64,000 nt of DNA from Oscillospiraceae bacterium (GCA_017521325.1 JAFXCV010000061.1:8332-72331); one strand, 5' to 3'. Shown: positions 18,475 to 28,307, counted from the stretch's first letter. The notes: generated by a model not told the origin, from the letters alone. Made by a program: numbers and translations.

Positions 18475-18858
18475 TTAGTCTTCCTTCTCAGGCTCGATGA
18501 TCGGTGCATCTGCAGCGTTCTTGCGTACGCTCTCGATACCGTTCTGGCAGCCAGCCTTTGCCTTGTAGCCTTCGCTTGCGGCAATCACTTCGCCGTTTCT
18601 TGCCTTCAGACGGAAACGGAACTCGCCTGCCTTATCCAGATAAATTTCAAACTTCGGGTGCTTTTCGCTTACATAGCCCTCAACAGTCTGATCCTCCAGA
18701 TTTGCAACCGGTGCATTCTTTGCTACGCTCTCGCAGCCGTTCTTGCAGCTTGCCAGAGAAGAATATACCTCGCCGCCGATGGCAATTGTTTCGCCGTTGC
18801 CAGCCTTCAGTGCAAATGTATAGCCTGTCTTTGTCTGCTTAATTACGAACTTTCCCAT
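18475..18858 (-). CDS. YegP-family protein (tandem DUF1508 domains)
   Basis: Two repeats of the F.L.A.NGE.IA.SE.Y.S...C.NGI.SV..NA pattern; 127 aa. Confidence 0.85.
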   Translation of the reverse strand: MGKFVIKQTKTGYTFALKAGNGETIAIGGEVYSSLASCKNGCESVAKNAPVANLEDQTVEGYVSEKHPKFEIYLDKAGEFRFRLKARNGEVIAASEGYKAKAGCQNGIESVRKNAADAPIIEPEKED

Positions 18859-18980
18859 ATGTATTCATCCTTTCTGAATATAAATGCCGTATCGGCTACT
18901 TGTATTATACCTCATTTTTTGTAAAATGTCAATAGTTTTCCAAAAACTCAACGCTGAAAACTGTACAGAAGAACAAAGCG

Positions 18981-19850
18981 TTATGTTCCCTGCCACATTT
19001 TACGGAATTCACCGGGGGAAGTTCCCTCAACCTTGCGGAACACTCTGGAGAAATAATTGGCGTCGCTCATGCCGCATTCCTGGCTGATGGTTTCAATCGG
19101 CACGTCCGTGAATCGCAGCATGCGCTTTGCGTGGGTGATGCGCACCTGCGTCAGATAATTCACGATGGAAATTCCGTACTGCTTCTTGAAAATGCGTGTC
19201 ATGTAGAATTTGTTCACATAGAATTTGTCCGCCAGCAGATCCAGTGAGATCTTCTCCTGATAATTCTGGTCAAGATACTGCTTGATGGACAGCATGTCAC
19301 GAATGCCACGCTCAAAGCCGATGCCCTCGTCCTGCTCCCTGCTCTCCTGCGAAAGCAGAACCAGCAGCGAAACAAGCTTCTGATACAGCAGCATGTCATT
19401 CAGACCGCTGTCATCCTGCGCCAGATTGTAAAGCTCCGTCAGAATATCCGCAAGCATCTGGTAGTTTCTTGTGTGGAAACAGGGCTTGCCGCCGTTGTGA
19501 ACGTAGTTGTCGTAGATCTCACGCACATTGCCGCCCGTAAAGTGCGCCCACTTGAATAGCCACCTCTCCCCAAGCGGCGTGTGACTGTATTCGTTCGTGC
19601 AGTCAAGGAAAATACAGTCGCCCGCATGCACCGTGTACTGCTTGCCTTTGTAAGACACCTTTCCGGCACCGTCCATGACCACGATTACCAGATAAGAACG
19701 CAGATAATCTCTCTGGCTCATGTGCGCACTGTTTGCACAAAGCTCCCCTGCCTCCTGAAGATAGATCAGATTCTTTTTTGCAAAGGGTGTGGGCGTGTAC
19801 AAAATTCGTTTGTCCTGTTCCAATCCCGTATATCCTCGTAAAAATTCCAT
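18981..19850 (-). CDS. AraC-family transcriptional regulator (cupin sensor plus HTH_18)
   Basis: ATG 19850 with a GGGAGGG RBS. N-terminal cupin-like region. C-terminal KFYMTRIFKKQYGISIVNYLTQVRITHAKRML...ANYFSRVFRKVEGTSPGEFR. Confidence 0.85.
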   Translation of the reverse strand: MEFLRGYTGLEQDKRILYTPTPFAKKNLIYLQEAGELCANSAHMSQRDYLRSYLVIVVMDGAGKVSYKGKQYTVHAGDCIFLDCTNEYSHTPLGERWLFKWAHFTGGNVREIYDNYVHNGGKPCFHTRNYQMLADILTELYNLAQDDSGLNDMLLYQKLVSLLVLLSQESREQDEGIGFERGIRDMLSIKQYLDQNYQEKISLDLLADKFYVNKFYMTRIFKKQYGISIVNYLTQVRITHAKRMLRFTDVPIETISQECGMSDANYFSRVFRKVEGTSPGEFRKMWQGT

Positions 19851-19942
19851 GGAATCCCTCCCTATTCTGTATTTATTTACTATATTATACCACATTCATT
19901 TTATAAAGTCAATATAATCCAGATTTTTTTCAAGATTGCCAC

Positions 19943-19971
19943 TTGAAAGATGCTGGAATATTTGGTACAAT
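19943..19971 (+). promoter_or_regulatory. Near-consensus promoter (TTGAAA-17-TACAAT, TG-extended) about 560 nt upstream of the serpin gene
   Basis: Hexamers at 19943-19948 and 19966-19971. Confidence 0.35.
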
Positions 19972-20534
19972 GAATATGTCATTTGGAGCAACTGCAAACT
20001 CAAACGTTTTCGGTGTGATGCGGATTTAAAAGCGCCGGAAACGTTCGGGAGAGCAGAAGGCAACAAATACGGTGAGTTTGCCGACAATTTTCGGTATTAC
20101 TTCATTTCTGATATCCCCCAAAAAGGACGGAACGCTGACTCCTCCGTCCTCCATTCTACCATAGACAGTACGAACAATTTTCTTGTATTGCACGGTGCAA
20201 GAGAATGCTAATGTTTGTGCTGTCTTTTCCTTTCTGTACGCAATTGACGGACAATCCCCCGTTTCAACCTGTACGCACAAGCTATTTCAGGGGATTTTTA
20301 TCGAATAGAATTTTTCCATTTTTAGTTTTTAACTTAAATGCTTCATACAGAAACAGCCCGATAATCCTGCAAAAATGTGCTAAACAACATCACCAAAAAG
20401 CATCACTTCAATTTGGTGAAAAGGTAGAATCACACCATCCTTTTCCAATATTTTTCCTGCTGTATTGTTATAATAGTGAGATCGTTCATCTCATACATGT
20501 ACATATATCTGAATGTGACGAAAGGAGTGTTGTT

Positions 20535-22016
20535 ATGACAACTATGAAAAAAAGAATCCTCAGCTGTATGCTCGCAGCAGGAATGCTCATTCCCACGACT
20601 GCCTCTGCATGGTATGGTCAGGGGGACATGAACGCCGATGACTGCCTCAACGCATTCGACCTTGCGATCATGAAGCGGAAACTCAATGAGGAAAAGGAAT
20701 ATTTCGATTACGACGAATACCCGATGGAAGCGGATCTCAACGAAAATGACGCTTTCACGGCGTATGACGTAAAGCTCATGCAGAGCTACGTGCTTGGCAA
20801 AATCGGGAGCTTCTCCGATGTACCGCTGATCTCCAGCAAGGCACTTGCTTCGGGGACCGAACGTACTGAAAACGGTAAGATGGCAAGTACGGCATTCAAA
20901 CAATCGCAGATGGATTTTGCCGCAAACCTCTTCAAGCAGACCGCACAGAACCAGGAAAATACCCTGATCTCACCCATTTCCGTATCTATTGCGCTTTCCA
21001 TGACAGCGAACGGTGCGGACAAGCAGACACGCACGGAGATGGAAAACGTCCTCGGCTTGAGCGTTGAGGACATCAACGAATACATGGCGTACTACCTCAC
21101 GCACATTGGAAACAGTTCGGATGCCCGTGTCAATATTGCAAATTCCGTCTGGTTCCGTGATGATGAAGAACTGACTGTTGAGGAGGATTTCCTCGACGCA
21201 AACAGCAATTATTACGATGCGGAACTCTATGCATCGCCCTTTGATGCAGGAACCGTGAAGGATGTCAACAGCTGGGTGGAGGGCAAAACCGACGGCATGA
21301 TTCCGGAGCTTATCGGGGAGATTAGTCCGGATACTATGCTGATGCTCATCAACGCCATTGCATTCGACGCAAAATGGTCGAATCCTTACGAAGACTATCA
21401 GGTGAAGGACGGCACCTTCACTGCCGCTGACGGCACGGAGCAGGATGTGCAGATGCTGCACTGCGACGGCGATGATTACTATGAATTTGAAAACGCCGTG
21501 GGCTTCTCGAAGGCATATGAGGGTTATGATTACCGCTTTGTGGCAATTCTTCCCGATGAAGGCATGACCGTTTCCGAATGGATCGCACAGATGGACAGCG
21601 AAGCGGTACTCACTGAGCTTTCCGAGCCGGAAAGGGATTACATTGTCATCACGCAAACGCCGAAATTCAAATACGAAACAGATCTTAAGCTCAAGGATGT
21701 GCTCTCCGCTATGGGCATGCCGACGGCGTTTGACCGAACAGAGGCGGATTTCTATAAGATGGGAAAGCGTACCGTGGACGGCATTGATTATCCCCTGTAT
21801 ATCGGCGAAGTCCTGCATAAGACCTGCATTGACCTCAACGAATCCGGTACCCGTGCGGCGGCTGTGACGGCTGTTATCATGAATGCCGCCGGTGCTGAAC
21901 CGAGTGAGGAAGAACCCATCATCAAGTACATCACGCTTGACAGACCGTTTATCTACATGATCGTGGATAACAACAACATTCCCCTGTTCATGGGAACGGT
22001 TCAGAGTGTGGAATAA
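20535..22016 (+). CDS. Serpin-family protease inhibitor with N-terminal signal peptide and dockerin
   Basis: Signal peptide MTTMKKRILSCMLAAGMLIPTTASA. Dockerin GDMNADDCLNAFDLAIMKRKL...ADLNENDAFTAYDVKLMQSYV. Serpin body (ISPISVSIALSMTANGA) with hinge and RCL ESGTRAAAVTAVIMNAAGAEP. Confidence 0.9.
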   Translation: MTTMKKRILSCMLAAGMLIPTTASAWYGQGDMNADDCLNAFDLAIMKRKLNEEKEYFDYDEYPMEADLNENDAFTAYDVKLMQSYVLGKIGSFSDVPLISSKALASGTERTENGKMASTAFKQSQMDFAANLFKQTAQNQENTLISPISVSIALSMTANGADKQTRTEMENVLGLSVEDINEYMAYYLTHIGNSSDARVNIANSVWFRDDEELTVEEDFLDANSNYYDAELYASPFDAGTVKDVNSWVEGKTDGMIPELIGEISPDTMLMLINAIAFDAKWSNPYEDYQVKDGTFTAADGTEQDVQMLHCDGDDYYEFENAVGFSKAYEGYDYRFVAILPDEGMTVSEWIAQMDSEAVLTELSEPERDYIVITQTPKFKYETDLKLKDVLSAMGMPTAFDRTEADFYKMGKRTVDGIDYPLYIGEVLHKTCIDLNESGTRAAAVTAVIMNAAGAEPSEEEPIIKYITLDRPFIYMIVDNNNIPLFMGTVQSVE

Positions 22017-22039
22017 TATCTTTTATTATCGCTATGAGA

Positions 22040-22518
22040 GGATGCAGCCCTTCGGGGCGCATCCTCGTCTTTTTTCAGGGTGCATTGTACGGCTGCCCCC
22101 ACCCCTGCCCTCCCCCTGAGGGGGAGGGAGAATAAATCGGGGGCTTCGCCCCCGTACCCCCTTGTGGGGATGCCACCCCACGTCCCATTTAAGGATGCAG
22201 CCCTTCGGGGCGCATCCTCGTCTTTTTTCGGGCTGCATTGTTCGGCTGCCCCCACCCCTGCCCTCCCCCAAGGGGAGGGAGAATAAGTCGGGGGCTTCGC
22301 CCCCGTACCCCCCTTGTGGGGATGCCGCCCCACGTCCCATTTAAGGATGCAGCCCTTCGGGGTGCATCCTCGTCTTTTTTCGGGGTACATTGTACGGCTG
22401 CCCCCACCCCTGCCCTCCTCCAAGGGGAGGGAGAATAAGTCGGGGGCTTCGCCCCCGTACCCCCTTGTGGGGATGCCGCCCCACGTCCCATTTAAGGGCT
22501 GCCCTTCGGGGCGCATCC
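22040..22518. repeat. Tandem array: three full units (153, 152 and 151 bp) plus a 23-bp partial unit of a GC-rich multi-hairpin element; each unit starts with a terminator-like hairpin
   Basis: Units at 22040-22192, 22193-22344 and 22345-22495, with the partial at 22496-22518. Each unit starts with GGATGC-A-GCCC-TTCG-GGGC-GCATCC plus TCGTCTTTTTT. This is followed by the hairpins CCCTCCCC..GGGGAGGG, CGGGGGCTTCGCCCCCG and GTGGGG..CCCCAC. Confidence 0.9.
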
Positions 22519-22594
22519 TTATTTGTTTATTGCATTCCCCCGAATCTTATGATATAATAGTAGCAGCAACAAAATCAATAAATAGGAGGAAGCC

Positions 22595-24199
22595 ATGGAA
22601 CCTACGATCCGCCAATTCAGCCTGCTCTCACCCAATGACAGCAATGCTTATTTTCAGCTCAGCGACAGCACAGCCAATGATCTGTCCATTGATTTTCTTG
22701 CCGCCCATCTATCCCACGAAAAGGAAGAACAGCCGAAGCTTCGCCGTCTCCTCATGCAGATGCCCGTGGATCCTGCCATCATCTCCTATCGTCAGGCAAT
22801 TTACAAGGATCTGAAATCTGCACCTGAAATCTGCGAAAAGATGTAGGAAATCTTTGATGTCATGCAGTTCTACACCATGGATGTCAGCCGCAGCATCTAC
22901 GAAAAATCGAGCATCTGGGAGCTTGTCACTCGCCTGCGTTCACTGCAGAACTACGTCAGCTCCATATCGCAGCTGCAAACGCTCTTAAAGGGAAGCAAAT
23001 TTGAGTCCGAGGGAATGCGGACACTTGTGCAGCACATCGAAACGATCAGCACGGAAAGCGGATTTGCGGAACTTGCAAAGGATCTTGAAATGCTCGGCGA
23101 TGACATTGACGGAATCCGCAGCATGACGCTCGGTGTCAATTTTGACAGCGAATTTTATCCGCATGAGGTGGGAATCATTTCACTCAATCCGTATGCATTC
23201 GGAGAAAAGGGCGTACTGGAACGATTCCTGCAATTTCACCGTCAGCAAAAGCCCTCCGATGCGGATCTGACTCCTTTTACGATGCTCACGCATGAAAAAA
23301 AGCCATCCGCTGCGGAAAGTCCTCTGATGAACAACCTCACACAGATCGTGGAACGGATGCTGCCGACTGCCACGAAAAAGCTGCACAGGCTTCTGAAGAA
23401 ATACACCGACGTCAGCGGCATGGCACTTGCAAGACTCGGCGACGAGCTGATGTTCTATCTGCGTTTTATCGAGCTGGAAAGAAAGCTTGATGCCGCAGAT
23501 CTTCCCACCTGTATTCCCGAATGTTCCGAAGATGACACGATCTTTTCGGAGCTTTACAATGTAAAGCTTGCCATCTGCCATCTGGAGGACACGGTGGAGA
23601 ACCGTATCATCTGCAATGATATGGAGTTCACAAAATCCCGTAACATTCTGATTCTGACAGGTCCCAACCATGGCGGAAAGACAATCCTGACGCAGGCTTT
23701 GGGGCTTGCCGTCCTGCTGTTCCAGCAGGGGGTTTGTGTACCGTGCAGCGGCGGCAGGATCGCCCTGTGCGACGGAATCCACACACATTTCCCTGCCGAT
23801 GAAAACCAGACCGTTGCACTCGGCAGACTCGGCGAAGAATCCGAACGCTTCCGCATCATCTGCCGCAGTGCTACCGCAAAGAGCCTTTTGCTGTTCAACG
23901 AATCCTTTGCCACCACAAGTCACACGGAATCACTGTACATTGCACAGGATGTGCTGAAATACCTGTGCTGTCTTGGCGCAAGGACATGCTTTAACACACA
24001 TATGCATGAGCTTGCCGAGCATGCGGAACAGCTTCGCTGTGCGCAATCCGTCTGCGGTGCGGCAAGCGTTGTCATGGGGCAGCGTGAGGGCGAGGATGCC
24101 TATCGAATCCGCTACGAAAAGCCCGACGGGAAGAGCTACGCCCACGACATTGCTCTGCAGTACGGCATCACCTTCGAACAGCTTCTGGGGAATTTGTGA
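22595..24199 (+). pseudogene. MutS-related ATPase (MutS domain V family) interrupted by a single in-frame TAG at 22844-22846
   Basis: ORFs 22595-22846 and 22862-24199 are in the same frame (...PEICEKM*EIFDVMQFYTMD...). Walker A GPNHGGKT and the MutS_V signature LLLFNESFATTS are in the downstream part. The upstream 83 aa look like the family's normal N-terminus. Confidence 0.6.
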
Positions 24200-24337
24200 T
24201 TCTCCCTCATGTTCTCGGACATTTTTGCGGAAACTTCCCAAAATCCGATTGACTTTTTATGGCGGATATGGTAAAATGAAACTACAAATGACATTTTGCG
24301 GATGCCATCGGCGATGGATTCCGCACGGAGGTATTCT

Positions 24338-26692
24338 ATGAAATTTTCAGACGGACTGTGGCTCAACCGCAAGGGCTATCAGGTTCACTATGCCGCACAG
24401 GCATATGAGATCACACACACAAGCAATTCTGTCACCGTATTTGCAACATCCCAGGCGATTTTCAACCGTGGCATGACGCTCGGGGGCGTAACATTTGAGA
24501 TCAGCTATACCGCAGTGGCTGATGATGTGATCAAGGTATCCATTGTGCATCATAAGGGAACACTGCACAACGAGCCGAAATTTGAACTTAACGAGCCTTC
24601 TGATTACACCGCAGTGATCACACAGGGCGACGATTTTGTAGAGATGACCGCAGGTAAAACCAGCGTGCGCATCCGCAAGGCTTTTGACTGGAATGTAGAA
24701 TTTTCCTACAACGGCAAACGTCTTACAGGCGGCGCATGGCGCAGCACTTCCTATATTGAGGAAAGTAAATTCCTCACCAAGAACCGCCTTGACGGCATGG
24801 CGGATGACCAGTTCTTCAACTACCCTGCCGATCCTCGTTCCACCTTCATCCGTGAGCAGCTTTCGCTGGATGTGGGCGAGTGCATCTACGGCTTCGGCGA
24901 AAAGTTCACAACCTTTGTCAAGAACGGACAGAACGTCGAAACATGGAATTCCGACGGCGGCACCTGCTCCGAGCAGAGCTACAAGAGCATTCCGTTCTAT
25001 ATCTCCTCCAAGGGCTACGGCGTGCTGGTCAACAGCGCCGACAAGGTTTCCTACGAGGTAGCGTCCGACACCGTTTCCAAGGTGTCCATGACGATTCCGG
25101 GCGAGGAGCTGGAGTACTACTTCTTCGGCGGCAAAAACCTGCAGGCGGTTCTGAAAAATTACACCGACCTGACAGGCAAGCCCGCACTTCCACCTGCAAA
25201 CACCTTCGGTCTGTGGCTTTCCACATCCTTTACGACTGATTATAATGAGGAAACTGTTAATTCCTTTATTGACGGCATGCTTGAGCGTGATATTCCGCTG
25301 CAGATGTTCCATTTTGACTGCTTCTGGATGAAGGGCTTTGAGTGGACAAACTTCGAGTGGGATACCACACAGTTCCCCGAACCCGAGGCAATGCTCTGCC
25401 GTCTGCATGACAAGGGACTGGGCGTTTGCTGCTGGATCAATCCCTATATTGCACAGCGTTCCAAGCTGTTCGATGAGGGTATGGAGAACGGCTATTTCAT
25501 TAAGAATCCCGACGGCAGCGTGTTCCAGTGCGATCTGTGGCAGCCAGGTATGGCAATCGTGGATTTCACAAATCCCGACGCCTACCGCTGGTTCGGCGAC
25601 TGCGTGCGCAAGCTCTGCCGCATGGGCGTGGATGCCATCAAGACGGACTTCGGCGAGAGAATTCCGACCAATGTGAAATATTTCGACGGCAGCGCACCCA
25701 TTGCAATGCACAACTATTATACTTATCTGTACAACAAGTGTGTATTTGAGGCGATTGAGGATGTACACGGCAAGGGCAAGGCGTGCCTGTTTGCACGTTC
25801 CGGGGCCGTGGGCGGTCAGAAATTCCCCGTACACTGGGGCGGCGACTGCTCTGCGGAATTCACCTCCATTGCCGAAACACTCAGAGGCGGTCTGTCCCTG
25901 TGTGCATCGGGCTTTGGCTATTTCAGCCACGATATCGGCGGCTTTGAGCAGACAGCTTCCCCCGATGTCTACAAGCGCTGGTGTGCATTCGGTCTGATGT
26001 CCAGCCACAGCCGTCTGCACGGCTCGACCTCCTACAGAGTGCCGTGGGCATATGAGGAGGATACGCCGGACAATCCCGAAAACGCATGCGCAGTACTGCG
26101 TTTCTTCACAAAGCTCAAGGGAAGACTGATGCCCTATCTGTACGCACAGGCTGTAAAGACCTCCACGATCGGCGTGCCGATGATGCGTGCAATGGTCATT
26201 GATTATGCGGATGATCCTGCATGCCTGTATCTCGACAAGCAGTACATGCTCGGCGATGATCTGCTCTGCGCTCCCATCATGAACAGCGAGGGTACCGCTG
26301 ATGTCTATCTGCCCGAAGGCACATGGACGGACATCATCACGGGCGAAACCTACGAGGGCGGCAGATACGTCAGAAGAACCTGCAATTTCCTGCAGATGCC
26401 GATTCTGGCAAGACCGAATTCCATCATTACTTACGGTCAGTTTGAAAAGGACGTTGTCTATGACTATGCGCAGGATGCAAATGCTGTGATCTATGGTCTG
26501 GAGGACGGAAAAACTGCCGCAACCACCATCTGGGACAGCAACGGAAAGCCCGTCGTTTCCATTCGTGCGAAGCGCTGCGGTGATACCATCCGTCTGGCTG
26601 CATCGGAAACCGACAAGACCTTCACCGTATCCCTCGCAGGCACGAACAGAAGTGCGGCGATGGGCGGCGGCATCACGGAGGCTTTGCTGTAA
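24338..26692 (+). CDS. Glycoside hydrolase family 31 (YicI-like alpha-xylosidase/alpha-glucosidase)
   Basis: KTDFGERIP (nucleophile Asp) and HWGGDC (acid/base region) are present. 784 aa from ATG 24338 (RBS GGAGG). No signal peptide. Confidence 0.88.
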   Translation: MKFSDGLWLNRKGYQVHYAAQAYEITHTSNSVTVFATSQAIFNRGMTLGGVTFEISYTAVADDVIKVSIVHHKGTLHNEPKFELNEPSDYTAVITQGDDFVEMTAGKTSVRIRKAFDWNVEFSYNGKRLTGGAWRSTSYIEESKFLTKNRLDGMADDQFFNYPADPRSTFIREQLSLDVGECIYGFGEKFTTFVKNGQNVETWNSDGGTCSEQSYKSIPFYISSKGYGVLVNSADKVSYEVASDTVSKVSMTIPGEELEYYFFGGKNLQAVLKNYTDLTGKPALPPANTFGLWLSTSFTTDYNEETVNSFIDGMLERDIPLQMFHFDCFWMKGFEWTNFEWDTTQFPEPEAMLCRLHDKGLGVCCWINPYIAQRSKLFDEGMENGYFIKNPDGSVFQCDLWQPGMAIVDFTNPDAYRWFGDCVRKLCRMGVDAIKTDFGERIPTNVKYFDGSAPIAMHNYYTYLYNKCVFEAIEDVHGKGKACLFARSGAVGGQKFPVHWGGDCSAEFTSIAETLRGGLSLCASGFGYFSHDIGGFEQTASPDVYKRWCAFGLMSSHSRLHGSTSYRVPWAYEEDTPDNPENACAVLRFFTKLKGRLMPYLYAQAVKTSTIGVPMMRAMVIDYADDPACLYLDKQYMLGDDLLCAPIMNSEGTADVYLPEGTWTDIITGETYEGGRYVRRTCNFLQMPILARPNSIITYGQFEKDVVYDYAQDANAVIYGLEDGKTAATTIWDSNGKPVVSIRAKRCGDTIRLAASETDKTFTVSLAGTNRSAAMGGGITEALL

Positions 26693-26732
26693 ATACCGAA
26701 AAATCTAAAAATATCAGAAAGGAGCCACAATT

Positions 26733-27122
26733 ATGGCAAACAATGAGATCAAGGACTGTGTATGGACGGATAAGAAACGCACCATTTTTGGGTTGCCGAT
26801 TTCTTTTACCCGCTATTTCCTGACACCTACAAAGTTCATTCGCCGTACAGGTCTGCTTAACCTGAAAGAAGAAGAGGTTGATCTGTACAAGATTACGGAT
26901 AAGAAGCTTACTTTGCCGATTTTCCAGCGTATGTTCGGATGCGGTACAGTCACAATCTACAGCCGTGATACCGATGAGCCGGAGCAGGATGTGGTAAGCA
27001 TTAAGAATCCCCGTGAATTCTCTGAGCTGCTTGACCAGTACATCGACGAGCATCGTGACCGCTACGGAATCCGTGGCCGTGATATGATGTACGGCGACTG
27101 CGACTGCGATCACGATATGTAA
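26733..27122 (+). CDS. Bacterial PH-domain (bPH_2/DUF304-like) protein with a Cys/His/Asp-rich tail
   Basis: LLNLKEEEVDLYKITDKKLTLPIFQRMFGCGTVTIYSRD is typical of bPH_2. The tail is YGDCDCDHDM. Confidence 0.65.
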   Translation: MANNEIKDCVWTDKKRTIFGLPISFTRYFLTPTKFIRRTGLLNLKEEEVDLYKITDKKLTLPIFQRMFGCGTVTIYSRDTDEPEQDVVSIKNPREFSELLDQYIDEHRDRYGIRGRDMMYGDCDCDHDM

Positions 27123-27148
27123 CAATCTATTTTAGTAAGAAAGGAGCC

Positions 27149-28267
27149 TTGCTCATGAATGTCACTGCACTCCCCCCCAAGGGGGCAGGTCTGGAAAGCC
27201 TGATCACTGAGAAAAAATCCTGCTGGGAACGGCTGAAAGCTGAAAAACGGCCCATCTTCATCTATGGTATGGGTGACGGCGCACTGAAAATCATGGCGGT
27301 ATTCCGCAAATATGGCATTGCCGTTGCAGGCGTTTTTGCAAGTGATGAATTTGTCAGAGGACATTCCTTTGCCGGCTACCGTGTCCACAAGCTCTCCGAG
27401 GTCGAGGAAATGGTGGATGACTTTGTCATCGTCCTTGCATTTGCCGCAGGCTATCCGGAGCTGGTGGATTATATCCGCACGCTTTCCAGAAAGCACACGC
27501 TTTATGTTCCCGATGTTCCGGTCATCGGCACAGGACTGTTCACCTACGAATATTGTCTGGAACACCTCAACGAGCTCAATGAGGTCTACAGAAGCCTTGC
27601 GGATGATGAATCCCGCCGTGTATATCTGAATATCATTCAGTTCAAGATCAGCGGCAATATCCGTTATCTGGACGCTGTGACGGAGGATCCGGAAAACCTG
27701 TACCGTCAGATTCTCAAGCCCACTCGAAATGAAACCTTTGTGGATCTGGGTGCTTACAACGGTGACACCATCCGTGAACTGCTTGACCACACCAACGGCA
27801 AGTATTTTGCCATTCATGCGGTGGAGCCGGACAAGAAAAATTTCAAGAAACTGCTTGCCTATATCGAAGAATCCGGCATGAAGCATTGCAGCGCCTATGA
27901 ATGCGCTGCATGGTCGGTTGATACGGAACTGCCGTTCAGTTCGAAAACGGGACGTAATTCCGTACTTTCCCCCGACGGCAATCTCATGCCTGCACGCAGC
28001 GTGGACAGCATTCTGCAAAAGCAGCCTGCAACACTCCTGAAAATGGATGTTGAGGGCTTTGAGCGTGAAGCTTTGTGGGGCGCCTCCCACACGATTATAC
28101 GCCATGCCCCCAAGCTTGTGGTGGCGATTTATCATCGTAACGAGGACATTTTTGAACTTCCGCTGCTCGTGAAACGGCTCAACCCCAATTATCAGCTCTA
28201 CATCCGTCACAGACTGTATATTCCCGCATGGGAAACCAATCTCTATGCCGTTGCAGAGCAGAACTGA
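27149..28267 (+). CDS. FkbM-family methyltransferase
   Basis: FVDLGAYNGDTIREL (SAM motif I-like) and LLKMDVEGFEREAL are characteristic of FkbM. Confidence 0.8.
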   Translation: MLMNVTALPPKGAGLESLITEKKSCWERLKAEKRPIFIYGMGDGALKIMAVFRKYGIAVAGVFASDEFVRGHSFAGYRVHKLSEVEEMVDDFVIVLAFAAGYPELVDYIRTLSRKHTLYVPDVPVIGTGLFTYEYCLEHLNELNEVYRSLADDESRRVYLNIIQFKISGNIRYLDAVTEDPENLYRQILKPTRNETFVDLGAYNGDTIRELLDHTNGKYFAIHAVEPDKKNFKKLLAYIEESGMKHCSAYECAAWSVDTELPFSSKTGRNSVLSPDGNLMPARSVDSILQKQPATLLKMDVEGFEREALWGASHTIIRHAPKLVVAIYHRNEDIFELPLLVKRLNPNYQLYIRHRLYIPAWETNLYAVAEQN

Positions 28268-28274
28268 AATTTCG

Positions 28275-28307
28275 CAGCCTCGTCTATTTGATGAGGCTGT
28301 TATTTTA
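28275..28307 (+). terminator. Intrinsic terminator
   Basis: CAGCCTC...GAGGCTG hairpin followed by TTATTTT. Confidence 0.7.

Noticed and set aside
22040-22518. Possible CRISPR array
   Set aside because: The units are contiguous 151-153-bp copies with no unique spacers between them, the repeats are far longer than CRISPR repeats, and no cas genes are in the window.
22001-22814. Several 60-171-aa ORFs on both strands across the 152-bp repeat array, with Gly/Pro/Arg-rich translations such as GGYGGEAPDLFSLPL
   Set aside because: They appear only because the GC-rich repeat lacks stop codons. Equivalent ORFs exist on both strands and in several frames, with no RBS. I treat the region as non-coding repeat.
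24347-26020. 557-aa minus-strand ORF opposite the GH31 gene
   Set aside because: Antisense shadow. The GH31 catalytic motifs are on the plus strand.
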